NCBI GenBank assembly: GCA_964347155.1
Contig: CAYFXR010000070.1
Coordinates: 7,657-71,656 of the forward strand
DNA length: 64,000 nucleotides
From: an uncultured Nitrospiraceae bacterium
GTDB lineage: Bacteria > Nitrospirota > Thermodesulfovibrionia > UBA6902
Direction of reading: 5' to 3'
Shown: positions 21,238 to 30,672 of the stretch, one piece after another
Layout: each line of letters begins with the position of its first letter
How positions within the stretch are numbered: the stretch's first letter is position 1
The notes under the pieces: model-generated
What the model was told of the DNA's origin: nothing
The model's input: the letters and a program-made list of their open reading frames with translations, nothing else
Database searches by the model: none
Position numbers and translations under genes: made by a program

Positions 21238-22269
21238 TCATTCCAGATGCACGTAAAACTCCCTTGGCTGGAGCTCCGTAAAGTTGCCGTTGTCAACAAG
21301 GAATTTTCTGAGGTTGGTGCATAGATGGCATTTTGAAAAATAGCCTGTATCTAACCCCTTATACCCATAACCTTGTGCAAAAGAGAAAAGTCCCTTTAGA
21401 TCATCATTGATCAGGAAACTCAATACTGGATATACATCAGATTCAATACCTTCCTGCAAAAGAATATCCAGGTTCCGGCAGTCTCCAAGCGAGATTCCAC
21501 CGCAAAATCCCGGGACATAATTTCCGTAATTATCAAAGTGGTTGTGCCAGGTTCTCAGGAAAGGGGTTATACATGGTTCGTTAAAAAAAAATGATGCTGG
21601 AGATGGAGGATACAATTCTTTTAATTCTTCTTTTAATATATATGGTGCTCTGCCCATCATGAAAAACTCAACATTTCTCAAGAGATTATTACTGCCCTCA
21701 ACTTTAAGATAATCATTAAAAGAAACTCTGTCTTTTATTCCCAATTGGACGAAACGTTTAAAATATTCCAGCTGATAAACCATTACATTTTTCCTGAAAA
21801 TGTCGAGTGAAATTCTGATTGCCCTTTCTGTCCGTTCAAACGGTACATATTCCAGATAAAAGGGATTAACAGAAATCATGATGCCGTGAAGGCCTTTGGA
21901 TTTCAGGAGATGGAGTTTTTCTTTAGTTGCTTTGTCGTTTATTGCCCAGAAACAGTTAGTCTCGACAAAGGTGGAAGGGATGTAAAGTTTGTGAGCTATC
22001 TCAACAGCCTTACATAATAATTCAAAATTCATAAATGGCTCTCCGCCGGTAAAATGTAGTCCATGACTGAGTGTCGTTGTTTTCTGACCGTAAGGGCTTG
22101 GCATAATTCTGCCGGAAAGCTGTTTTAAAGTACTCTCCAAATCCTCTTCGGAAATCCAATCCGCACTCCACTTCGGAGAACATCCGTATATGCAGTGTCT
22201 GCATTCAGCTGAACACTTATAGGAAAGAATTAATCCACCCGAGATCGGGGAGGGTATTTTAAATTTCAT
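21238..22269 (-). CDS. Radical SAM domain protein, uncharacterised
   Basis: CSAECRHC (CxxxCxxC) near the N-terminus, SHGLHFTGGEPF SAM-binding motif, extra C-terminal cysteines (CGGISLGDC, CHLC); 343 aa. Confidence 0.55.
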   Translation of the reverse strand: MKFKIPSPISGGLILSYKCSAECRHCIYGCSPKWSADWISEEDLESTLKQLSGRIMPSPYGQKTTTLSHGLHFTGGEPFMNFELLCKAVEIAHKLYIPSTFVETNCFWAINDKATKEKLHLLKSKGLHGIMISVNPFYLEYVPFERTERAIRISLDIFRKNVMVYQLEYFKRFVQLGIKDRVSFNDYLKVEGSNNLLRNVEFFMMGRAPYILKEELKELYPPSPASFFFNEPCITPFLRTWHNHFDNYGNYVPGFCGGISLGDCRNLDILLQEGIESDVYPVLSFLINDDLKGLFSFAQGYGYKGLDTGYFSKCHLCTNLRKFLVDNGNFTELQPREFYVHLE

Positions 22270-22314
22270 GGTAATAAGGAATGTATGCGCAGCCTTCAGG
22301 TTGCGTTATATTTA

Positions 22315-22492
22315 ACCCAAATAATGCAGACATTGCTCAATAAATTATTTAACTCGATAAATTTATTATTAAATTGTGCATATGGCTTTAAATAAAAGTA
22401 TTAACACTCGATCAATTAATATTGCGTTTAAGGTATCGAAAAATAATTTCTTTCACAAAGCCTGCATTATTTGAAATCCATTGTTTGGGTTT
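22315..22492 (+). mobile_element. MITE-like repeat, copy A (about 178 bp with 15-bp terminal inverted repeats)
   Basis: ACCCAAATAATGCAGACATTGCTCAA...AAGGTATCGAAAAATAATTTCTTTCACAAAGCCTGCATTATTTGAAAT..GGGTT. About 90% identical to copies at 27891, 28226 and 52909, and inverted at 38082. Confidence 0.7.
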
Positions 22493-22745
22493 AAACAAAT
22501 CTTACCACAAGATTGGGGTGATTTGGAACGCAGGCTATCAACCTGTCGATTCAACGAGGCGAAAAACCTGCAGCTATTATTTTATTGTATTGCAGTTAAG
22601 GGTTGGACGGTTTTTTTAACAGTATGTTAAATATAGTACTGAAGCTGCTCTAAAATTGATTGACATACATAGACACTTTGATATACTGGAGATAGATATT
22701 CGCGATTACGTCGATACTCCAGCATGTTTTAAGAAGGAACAGTTC

Positions 22746-23204
22746 ATGACCGCAAGACGAATTTTTCTGATCGCATCGTGTATGATTCTTATTATTGGTT
22801 GTGCTTATTTAAAATCCACACGGAAAACATATTCAAAAAGTTATGCCTTGAATGTTGAAGAACAAGCCAGCATTGGCGCCCCCATGATAACTGTTGAATA
22901 CAACACATATGCCTCAGCTCCGCATAAATATGGACTTGCCGAAGAACAGGACCATTGGCAATCTTTCGATTATCCTTTTTTTAATGATACGGCGAACACC
23001 GAGATCTACACAGGTATCTCAAATTCAGATAATACCATTCACATTTCGTATAAACAATATAAAAAGGACATTAAAAGTCCTACATTTTCTCAAGAATTAA
23101 CCTATGATTTGAGAGATGCAGATATCATCGTGTTTAAGAATTACAAAATTGAAATATTACATACTACGAGTGAATATATCAGGTTTCGGGTTCTTTCAGA
23201 CTGA
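22746..23204 (+). CDS. Hypothetical lipoprotein
   Basis: MTARRIFLIASCMILIIGCAYL is a signal peptide with a lipobox. No recognisable domain. Confidence 0.35.
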   Translation: MTARRIFLIASCMILIIGCAYLKSTRKTYSKSYALNVEEQASIGAPMITVEYNTYASAPHKYGLAEEQDHWQSFDYPFFNDTANTEIYTGISNSDNTIHISYKQYKKDIKSPTFSQELTYDLRDADIIVFKNYKIEILHTTSEYIRFRVLSD

Positions 23205-23373
23205 TTTGCCATCCTGTCACTCAAATAGAATGGTTTGGAAAAAGGGGATTAACCCTGAACCGCTACTGGTACAGGGTTAAGGGGGGGTATACATAAGTAA
23301 TTAATCGTTATTTGGAGCCCCTCTTTGTAGGCGGGGAGCTTCACTATGTTTAGATTTTCTGTTAAACTTTCAC

Positions 23374-24360
23374 ATGTCTGTAATCAAGGTAGAAAGTCTC
23401 GTTAAGCGATTTGATGCTCTCACAGCAGTTAATGATGTTACTTTTGAAGTGGAAGAGGGCACTATCTTTGGTTTTCTTGGCCCCAATGGCGCTGGCAAAA
23501 CGACCACAATAAATATCCTCTGCACATTGCTTTATCCCACATCCGGGAGGGCTTCCATTTCCGGATATGACTGTCGAAAAGAGCCTTCCGAGGTAAGAAA
23601 ATCCATAGGAATTGTTTTTCAGGACACAACTCTTGATAAAGATTTAACCGCATATGAAAATCTGATGTTCCATTCATACCTATATAATGTAAAGCGGGCT
23701 GATATGAAGACACGCATACACGATGCACTTCAATTTGTTGGATTGCATGAAAGAAGAAACGACCTTGTTAAAAAATTTTCAGGCGGGATGAAGAGAAGGC
23801 TTGAGGTTGCAAGGGGCCTTATACACAGGCCACGTGTCCTTTTTCTCGATGAACCGACTCTCGGACTTGATCCCCAGACAAGGGCAAACCTCTGGGAGTT
23901 TATTGTTGAACTTCCGAGGAAGCACAATGTAACAATTTTTATGACAACCCATTATATGGATGAAGCAGAGGTATGTGACAGAATAGCTATTATTGATAAT
24001 GGCAGGATTATTGCCACGGGCTCACCTGATGAACTCAAGAAGACCGTGGGAGGAGATGTGATTTATATAAGGACATCAGATAATAAAAAGGCAAAGCTCG
24101 AGATAGAGAGGATGTTCAATGTGAAAGTTTCTGAACAGGATAGTGAATTATACCTTACTGCTCTCAGGGGAGATGCCTGTATACCTGAAATTATAAGGAC
24201 AATTGGAGAGACGGTTCAGTCGGTCAGGCTCCAGAGACCCACTCTGAATGATGTGTTCCTTAAGCTTACAGGAAAGGAGATCAGGAGAGACGATTTGTCT
24301 TCGGGTGATGTCTTTAAGGAGACAGTTCGTGCATACAGGAGGAGATTTGATCGAGGTTAA
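23374..24360 (+). CDS. ABC transporter ATP-binding protein (ABC-2/DrrA-like)
   Basis: GPNGAGKTT, LSGGMKRRLEVA, LFLDEPTLGLD; 328 aa. Confidence 0.8.
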   Translation: MSVIKVESLVKRFDALTAVNDVTFEVEEGTIFGFLGPNGAGKTTTINILCTLLYPTSGRASISGYDCRKEPSEVRKSIGIVFQDTTLDKDLTAYENLMFHSYLYNVKRADMKTRIHDALQFVGLHERRNDLVKKFSGGMKRRLEVARGLIHRPRVLFLDEPTLGLDPQTRANLWEFIVELPRKHNVTIFMTTHYMDEAEVCDRIAIIDNGRIIATGSPDELKKTVGGDVIYIRTSDNKKAKLEIERMFNVKVSEQDSELYLTALRGDACIPEIIRTIGETVQSVRLQRPTLNDVFLKLTGKEIRRDDLSSGDVFKETVRAYRRRFDRG

Positions 24361-25105
24361 CGCCATATATGTATTAGTGGCGAGGGATTTTAAAAAATTC
24401 GTGCGTGAGAGGAGCAGGCTTGTCTCTACACTCGCAAGGCCTCTTATATGGCTTTTCCTTGTAGGAGGAGGAATGACGAGGCTTGTTTCGCCTAATATAG
24501 GAATATCTTATATGCAGTTTATATTTCCCGGCATACTCGGCATGACAATACTGTTTACTTCCATTTTTTCTTCAATATCCATTATATGGGATAAGGAGTT
24601 TGGTTTGATGAAAGAAATACTCGTGGCACCGGTATCGAGATTTTCAATAGTGATTGGCAAGGCTCTGAGCGGTACATTCATATCTGTTATACAGGCGATT
24701 GTGATATTAATGCTTTTCCCGTTTCTCGGTATAAAGATGGGTTTCATGGCAATACTATCTACCATTGTCATTGCGGTTATTCTTTCATTTTGTATATCAT
24801 CACTGGGTATCGTTATTTCCACGTTTTATGAGAGCTTTGAAAGTTTCAGTGTAATAATGAATTTTATTATTATGCCAATGTTTTTCCTGTCGGGTGCCAT
24901 GTATCCGGTGAACAGGCTTCCCTCGATATTAAAACAATTAACACGATTGAATCCTTTTACTTACGGTATTGACGCCTTAAAGCATACTGTATTGAAAAAA
25001 AGCGAGATAGTGGATTTTTCTATTGTTGCTGATTTAAGTGTTTTAATAATCGCTTCCATTGTATTTGTATTAATCGCTGGTATATTGTTTGAGAGGAAGA
25101 AATAA
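24308..25105 (+). CDS. ABC-2 family permease
   Basis: Six predicted TM segments and an ABC-2 permease-like profile downstream of the ATPase. The start is uncertain; the track ORF begins at 24248 and overlaps the ATPase. Confidence 0.6.
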   Translation: MSLRRQFVHTGGDLIEVNAIYVLVARDFKKFVRERSRLVSTLARPLIWLFLVGGGMTRLVSPNIGISYMQFIFPGILGMTILFTSIFSSISIIWDKEFGLMKEILVAPVSRFSIVIGKALSGTFISVIQAIVILMLFPFLGIKMGFMAILSTIVIAVILSFCISSLGIVISTFYESFESFSVIMNFIIMPMFFLSGAMYPVNRLPSILKQLTRLNPFTYGIDALKHTVLKKSEIVDFSIVADLSVLIIASIVFVLIAGILFERKK

Positions 25106-25114
25106 AAAGTTATT

Positions 25115-25555
25115 CTATTGCTCAAGTTTCTGAGCCTTTACAGCCAGATAGTACGCAATCATCAGGATTATAATGACGAATGCACTTAAACCTATTTCAT
25201 ACAGTTTTTCAACAGGTATGTGCTTCATAAGTGATGTCTGGGCTTCTATGAGAAGGATTCTTCTTACCGCGGCTATTATGCCGATGGCGAGAAAAGGACC
25301 CAAAGAGAATTTCTGTTTCTTTAAAAATCTGATAACTGTCCACAACAGCTCAAGGATAATAAGGGCAAGGAGCACATCATTTACCAGAGCAATAATAGAA
25401 TCACGGGAAGGATATAAAATATTTAGAAATGCATAAAACAGAATAAAACCGCACGCAACAAGCAGTAGTATGGCAGCTATTACATGAAATATTATATCAA
25501 TATTAACAAGAAATTTTCGGAATGTATCTGTTAAATATGTCTTTTTCTGTTCCAT
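25115..25555 (-). CDS. Small four-TM membrane protein, possibly PsiE-like
   Basis: 146-aa hydrophobic protein; topology is reminiscent of PsiE. No strong motif. Confidence 0.3.
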   Translation of the reverse strand: MEQKKTYLTDTFRKFLVNIDIIFHVIAAILLLVACGFILFYAFLNILYPSRDSIIALVNDVLLALIILELLWTVIRFLKKQKFSLGPFLAIGIIAAVRRILLIEAQTSLMKHIPVEKLYEIGLSAFVIIILMIAYYLAVKAQKLEQ

Positions 25556-25676
25556 TCGATACCCTTAACTCGCTATGCTCATTTGAAAAGGAAAAATACA
25601 GGAGAAATTAAATACCATTATCCCAATAGTCAGGAGAAAATGCAATGCATTTTTTACATTTAATTTGTGAAAAAAT

Positions 25677-25922
25677 ATGGTTAATCTAACTTTTTATTAC
25701 AAGGACGGATGCTGGTTGTGCGATCAGGCTGAAGAAATGATAAACGGCCTCAAGGAGAAGTTCGACATCAGGGTTAAGAAAATAGCAATTGACTCAGATG
25801 ATGAGCTTTATGAACTATACAGGTTTGACATTCCCGTCTTGGAATTCAAGGATGGTTCAAATCTTTATGGACGAATCAAGAAAAAAGACCTTCTCAGAAA
25901 GTTCGAAGAAAATAAAGAATAA
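25677..25922 (+). CDS. Glutaredoxin-like thioredoxin-fold protein (DUF836-type)
   Basis: 81 aa. CWLC redox motif at the fold-appropriate position (YYKDGCWLCDQA). Confidence 0.55.
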   Translation: MVNLTFYYKDGCWLCDQAEEMINGLKEKFDIRVKKIAIDSDDELYELYRFDIPVLEFKDGSNLYGRIKKKDLLRKFEENKE

Positions 25923-25963
25923 ATAAAAAAAATTTTTGATATTATAAATAAATGTAATAATGC

Positions 25964-25992
25964 TTGACATCCTCTTTGGTTTTATGTAAAGT
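25964..25992 (+). promoter_or_regulatory. Candidate sigma70-type promoter (TTGACA, 17-nt spacer, TAAAGT)
   Basis: Read directly. Lies about 165 nt upstream of ORF 26158. Confidence 0.3.
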
Positions 25993-26157
25993 TATGCTAC
26001 TTTTCTTTTCTGATTAATAAAAACCTTAATTTTTAATTGCGTTAGTAGATGTTAACAATGTCTTAGGGGAGTATACTCCTTTTCGACAGAAAATTTATAG
26101 GGTTTTATACCCTTGAGAGCGGGTTAGTCACAATAAGCATTTTAAAAATAATGTGAG

Positions 26158-26442
26158 ATGTTAACCCTGACGGAAAAAGAAATACTAACTGGATTAAAGA
26201 AATTGGGAATCAATTCCACTTCTGAACTCGATTCCTGTCTAAGAGAATATAAAGAGTATTATTCTTTGCAAAATTTTAGTGCAGATTTTTCACAAAAATA
26301 TCATGTAGAGATGGAAGCCAACTATTCCAATCACGTTACATCTTCCAACCGGCTTGCTCAAATATGTAACTCTATTTTTTCTGTAATCATTCATTTCTTG
26401 ACATTCTCGAAAGTAAAAACTGCTAAGAGGATAGAGAGATAA
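26158..26442 (+). CDS. Hypothetical protein
   Basis: 94-aa ORF with no recognisable motif. Coding status uncertain. Confidence 0.2.
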   Translation: MLTLTEKEILTGLKKLGINSTSELDSCLREYKEYYSLQNFSADFSQKYHVEMEANYSNHVTSSNRLAQICNSIFSVIIHFLTFSKVKTAKRIER

Positions 26443-26647
26443 TTCATTTTTAAACAATCATAATAATAACTTACCCAAAAAATTTTCACCCGTCATTCCG
26501 TACCTCATATCGAAGGAGGGGGCAGGCTTTAAGCGGAATCCAGGAGTTCAAAGGTGTTGAATTCTTGATTCAAGTAGCGGTTTATACCTTCCGATAAGAT
26601 AAGAAGTTGAGAAATTGATTAAAAAATACAACGTTGCGTATTTAATC

Positions 26648-27877
26648 ATGATAAAAAAAGTCAAAGTTGAACAATTAAAGCCTGGAATGTACATTCACGA
26701 TCTGAATTGTAGCTGGCTGAAGCATCCTTTTTTTGGTAACAGCGTAAAGATTAATGATGAGAAAATCATTGAAAAAATAAATGATTATGGAGTCAGTGAG
26801 GTTTACATTGACACAGATTTGGGACTGGATGTTGTCGATGCTCCGACGGGAGAAGAAGTCGGGCAGGAGATCCAGGAAGAACTGAAAGAAGAAGAACTGA
26901 AAGAAGTTGATGAAAAAAAACCTAAACTCGGTTACGTTGTTTCAATAGATAAAGAGATTATCAATGCAAGAAGGATAAAACAGGAAACAGTACAAACAAT
27001 ACAGAAAATAATGAGCAATGTAAAATTAGGAAAGCAAATCGAAAGGGGTAGGGTAGAATACCTTGTTGATAACATTATTGATTCGATTTTCCGGAATCAG
27101 GATGCACTTATAGGTCTTGGAAGACTCAGAAAGATTAATGATTATGTATACAATCATTCCATGAGTGTCTGTGTACTCATGATTTCTTTTTGCAGACAAC
27201 TTGGCTTTGATGCCGAGTTAATAAGAGAAATTGGAATTGGTGCTATGTTGCATGACATTGGCACGACAAAAGTACATTCACATATCCTGAACAAAAAAAC
27301 TGCATTATCTGAAGAAGAATATGAGAAGATCAAAAAGCATGTGGAGTATGGACATACCTTGCTTGAGGGAACCGAAGGTGTCAGTAATACAACAATTATC
27401 ACTGCTTACCAGCATCATGAAAGATTAGATGGTTCAGGTTATCCGAATGGCTTAAGAGGGGACGAAATAACGCAATATGGACAGGCTATCGCTATTGTGG
27501 ATGTATATGATGCATTAACAACGAAGAGATGTTACAAGCGGAAAATCCCTCCCACTCAGGCATTACGGATGCTCTATGAAAGGAGCGGGGTTCAATTTAA
27601 CAAAAATCTTGTACAACAATTTATTCGTTGTATTGGTATTTATCCTGTGGGCTCAATGGTACGTCTGGAAAGCGGCTTACTTGGTATTGTTATCAGCCAT
27701 AATGAAGGAAGTTTACTCAAGCCGGTTGTACGTGTTATATACGATACAAAAAAAGAGAGCAATATAGTTCCCTATGACGTCGATCTTTCAAAGACATCCG
27801 GAAAAGGTGGTGCGGATAGGATCATAAATTATGAATCACCGGAGAAATGGGAGATACAACCTGAGGTATATTTATAG
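26648..27877 (+). CDS. HD-GYP domain phosphodiesterase with N-terminal DUF3391-like domain (c-di-GMP hydrolase family)
   Basis: MLHDIGT (HD) ... HHERLDGSGYPNGL (GYP). The N-terminus MIKKVKVEQLKPGMYIHDLNCSWLKHPF is paralogous to the gene at 53419. The start is set at the second Met by that alignment. Confidence 0.75.
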   Translation: MIKKVKVEQLKPGMYIHDLNCSWLKHPFFGNSVKINDEKIIEKINDYGVSEVYIDTDLGLDVVDAPTGEEVGQEIQEELKEEELKEVDEKKPKLGYVVSIDKEIINARRIKQETVQTIQKIMSNVKLGKQIERGRVEYLVDNIIDSIFRNQDALIGLGRLRKINDYVYNHSMSVCVLMISFCRQLGFDAELIREIGIGAMLHDIGTTKVHSHILNKKTALSEEEYEKIKKHVEYGHTLLEGTEGVSNTTIITAYQHHERLDGSGYPNGLRGDEITQYGQAIAIVDVYDALTTKRCYKRKIPPTQALRMLYERSGVQFNKNLVQQFIRCIGIYPVGSMVRLESGLLGIVISHNEGSLLKPVVRVIYDTKKESNIVPYDVDLSKTSGKGGADRIINYESPEKWEIQPEVYL

Positions 27878-27890
27878 TTAAACCACATAA

Positions 27891-28058
27891 TGCAGGCTTT
27901 GCTCAATAAATTATTTAACTCGATATATTTATTATTAAATTATGCATATGGCTTTGAATAAAAGTATGCACATTCGATTAATTAATAATGCGTTTAAGGT
28001 ATCGAAAAATAATTTCTTTCACAAAGCCTGCATTATGTGAAATGAATTTTTTGTGTTA
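27891..28058 (+). mobile_element. MITE-like repeat, copy B
   Basis: AACCACATAATGCAGGCTTTGCTCAATAAATTATTTAACTCGATATATTTATT...CACAAAGCCTGCATTATGTGAAATGAATTTTTTGTGTT. Begins 14 nt after the HD-GYP stop. Confidence 0.7.
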
Positions 28059-28225
28059 ATCGTTGTTGCATTTTTAAAGATTTTGAAGGTGTCTGTGCCA
28101 CTTATTTAAATAGCTAACTGCATTTTTTGGGTTGACTAATTCAGAATCCTCATATTTTTTTCAACTTTTGTTCATATTTCCTTCGTAATTCTCTGCTATT
28201 TTTTTATTCAGTAATTAACATTATT

Positions 28226-28402
28226 AACCCAAATAATGCAGACATTGCTCAAGAAATTATTTAACTCGATATATTTATTATTAAATTGTGCATATGGCGT
28301 TGAATAAAAGTATGCACATTCGATTAATTAATAATGCGTCTAAGGTATTGAAAAATAATTTCTTTCACAACGCCTGCATTATTTGAAATGCATTTTTTGG
28401 GT
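28226..28402 (+). mobile_element. MITE-like repeat, copy C (tandem with copy B, about 170 bp apart)
   Basis: AACCCAAATAATGCAGACATTGCTCAAGAAATTATTTAACTCG...CACAACGCCTGCATTATTTGAAATGCATTTTTTGGGTT. Confidence 0.7.
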
Positions 28403-28423
28403 TAACTGATTCTAGTCTGACTA

Positions 28424-28450
28424 TTGACAATGCATGGATTGTGTTATACA
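28424..28450 (+). promoter_or_regulatory. Candidate promoter (TTGACA, 15-16 nt spacer, TATACA) for the Met/Gly-rich protein gene
   Basis: Read directly. Sits just right of MITE copy C and about 105 nt upstream of the ATG at 28557, which has an AAGGAGG RBS. Confidence 0.3.
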
Positions 28451-28556
28451 AGGGAATTATAGGAAAATAAGGAGTTAATAGAGTTGAAGGGAGGTGGTAT
28501 GCTGTTGTTATGAATGCTGAAAAACAAGAAAAATATGTTAAGGAGGTATTGGTAAT

Positions 28557-29034
28557 GAAACGAATATTGATAATAACTTTAATAATAGCAGGCTTAACGG
28601 CTGCTTACAGCTTTGCTGAGATGCAAAGAGGCATGATGGGCACAAAGGGTCAGGAAAAGACTAGTGAGACACCTTATAGTGGTGGTTATTATCCATGCCC
28701 TCAAATGATGGGACAGGGTATGATGGGTTATGGCGGTTACGGAATGATGGGACCAGGTATGATGGGTTATGGTATGATGGGTCATCACAGGATGGGTGGT
28801 ATGATGGGTCCTGGCATGATGGGCTATGGTGATTACGGTACAGGGAAATATGATCCTGAGGCATATCAAAAATATCTGGATGACACAGTGGACTTAAGGA
28901 AAAAACTTCACAACAGGAAATTTGACTATTTTGAGGCGCGCAGGAACCCTGATACAAAGCGCGAGACCCTCTTGAAAATTGAAAAAGAAATTCATGATAT
29001 TCAGTGGGAAATATACGAAAAGGCCCCGAGATAA
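28557..29034 (+). CDS. Periplasmic Gly/Met-rich protein with a C-terminal Spy/CpxP/ZraP-like helical region (putative metal-binding)
   Basis: Signal peptide MKRILIITLIIAGLTAAYSFA. Repeats MMGQGMMGYGGYGMMGPGMMGYGMMGHHRMGGMMGPGMMGYG, then a predicted helical tail. AAGGAGG RBS 8 nt upstream. The track ORF starts at 28510. Confidence 0.5.
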
Positions 29035-29047
29035 ATTTGTTGATCAT

Positions 29048-29575
29048 TTGTTACGTTTTACAGCAACATTGCTTTTGTCTTTCTTGCTATTGATAACTGG
29101 CTGCGAGACAAATTCATCGAAGAAATGGGAATGGATCTACAAAAAAATTCAATCGGATTTCCCGACTGTTTCTCATATTTCAACTGAAAATTTACATAAT
29201 TGGCTGAATTCCGAGGGTGACGCAAAGCCCATTATCCTTGACAGAAGAGAACATGAAGAATATGCTGTCAGCCATCTGTCCGGAGCTTTTCTTGCGACTA
29301 ACGATGAAGAGGCATTGGGAATAATTCAAAGAGAAGGCAAAGACCGCCCGATCATTGTTTACTGCGCAGTTGGTTATCGTTCCGCAGCACTGGCGAAAAA
29401 GCTTCAGGAAAAGGGCTTCACAAACATTTACAATCTGGAAGGATCGCTTTTTAAATGGGCCAATGAAGGGAGAGAGATTTATCAGAGTAATCAGCGAGTA
29501 AATGTAGTACACACTTATAATAGAATGTGGAAGGATTTCCTTGAAAGGAGATTGTGGTATACCCCGCAGAAATAA
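29048..29575 (+). CDS. Rhodanese-domain (sulfurtransferase) lipoprotein
   Basis: Lipobox LLLITGC. Rhodanese active-site loop IIVYCAVGYRSA. The start is uncertain (possible TTG); the track ORF begins at 28979 and overlaps the previous gene. Confidence 0.55.
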   Translation: MLRFTATLLLSFLLLITGCETNSSKKWEWIYKKIQSDFPTVSHISTENLHNWLNSEGDAKPIILDRREHEEYAVSHLSGAFLATNDEEALGIIQREGKDRPIIVYCAVGYRSAALAKKLQEKGFTNIYNLEGSLFKWANEGREIYQSNQRVNVVHTYNRMWKDFLERRLWYTPQK

Positions 29576-29755
29576 TACCAATAATCATATCTGTCCAATA
29601 GAGCATTGATCAGTAGGCAGAACCCCTCGAAAACATAATTGATCGACGGGCGCAATTCTGTTTTCTCGGCATTCAGCCTGCTGTTTGCCATTGTTTTAGA
29701 CAACAATGACCGATGGTATCAAAAAGGCAGCAAAGATATTGAATAAAGGATAAAG

Positions 29756-30607
29756 GTGAATAACATGGAAAATGAAGCTGCTGTGAGAATTGGTTTTTTC
29801 TTTGGTGTTTTTATCGTAATGGCTGTCTGGGAGGTTTTATCACCACGCCGGGTTTTGACCACCTCCAAAACTGTGCGCTGGCTAAGCAATATGGGTATTG
29901 TTTTTGTCAATACCGTAACTGTTCGATTAGTATTTCCTGTCTTAGCAATAAATGTTGCGGTTATGGCTCATGAGAACGGATGGGGGCTATTGAATAATAT
30001 TAATCTGCCTTACTGGTTTTCAGTTTTTTGGGGAGTTTTGTTCCTTGATCTTATCATTTATCTACAGCACGTCATGGTTCATGCTGTCCCTGTCTTGTGG
30101 CGATTTCATATGATGCACCATGCAGACCTTGACTATGACCTGACAACCGGGTTGCGTTTTCACCCATTAGAAATTATTATCAGCATGGTGATTAAGCTGA
30201 CTGCCGTGGCAGCTCTTGGCCCTCCGGTTATAGCGGTGCTTATCTTTGAGATAGTATTAAATGCTACAGCAATGTTTAACCATGGCAATATAAAAATCCC
30301 GTTTACTGTTGATAAGGTGCTCCGTCTTTTGGTAGTCACTCCGGATATGCACCGCGTACATCATTCTGTAACAATCCGGGAGACAAACAGTAATTTCGGC
30401 TTCAATTTCCCCTGGTGGGACCGTCTGCTGGGAACCTATCGTGCCCAGCCCGCTGCAGGACATGATGGAATGACGATCGGGTTATCCCAATTCCGCGATG
30501 CAAAACGGAATACCTTGCTATGGATGCTGGCTTTGCCTTTTATCGGGGATCCGGGCTCATATGCCATTAATCGCCGGGGAAGAGAGCCTGTTTCCAAAGG
30601 CCGCTGA
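29756..30607 (+). CDS. Fatty acid hydroxylase / sterol desaturase superfamily membrane protein
   Basis: Histidine boxes HVMVH, HMMHHAD, HRVHHS within TM segments; 283 aa. Confidence 0.6.
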   Translation: MNNMENEAAVRIGFFFGVFIVMAVWEVLSPRRVLTTSKTVRWLSNMGIVFVNTVTVRLVFPVLAINVAVMAHENGWGLLNNINLPYWFSVFWGVLFLDLIIYLQHVMVHAVPVLWRFHMMHHADLDYDLTTGLRFHPLEIIISMVIKLTAVAALGPPVIAVLIFEIVLNATAMFNHGNIKIPFTVDKVLRLLVVTPDMHRVHHSVTIRETNSNFGFNFPWWDRLLGTYRAQPAAGHDGMTIGLSQFRDAKRNTLLWMLALPFIGDPGSYAINRRGREPVSKGR

Positions 30608-30672
30608 TGTCCTGAAAATCCATTAAAAACGACTGTTCAAGTCGTTCAAATGGTTTAGAAGGCTTAAACCGC

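Noticed and set aside
22422-22619. 65-aa ORF inside MITE copy A
   Set aside because: It lies entirely within the repeat, the other copies disrupt the equivalent frame, and it has no RBS or protein-like composition.
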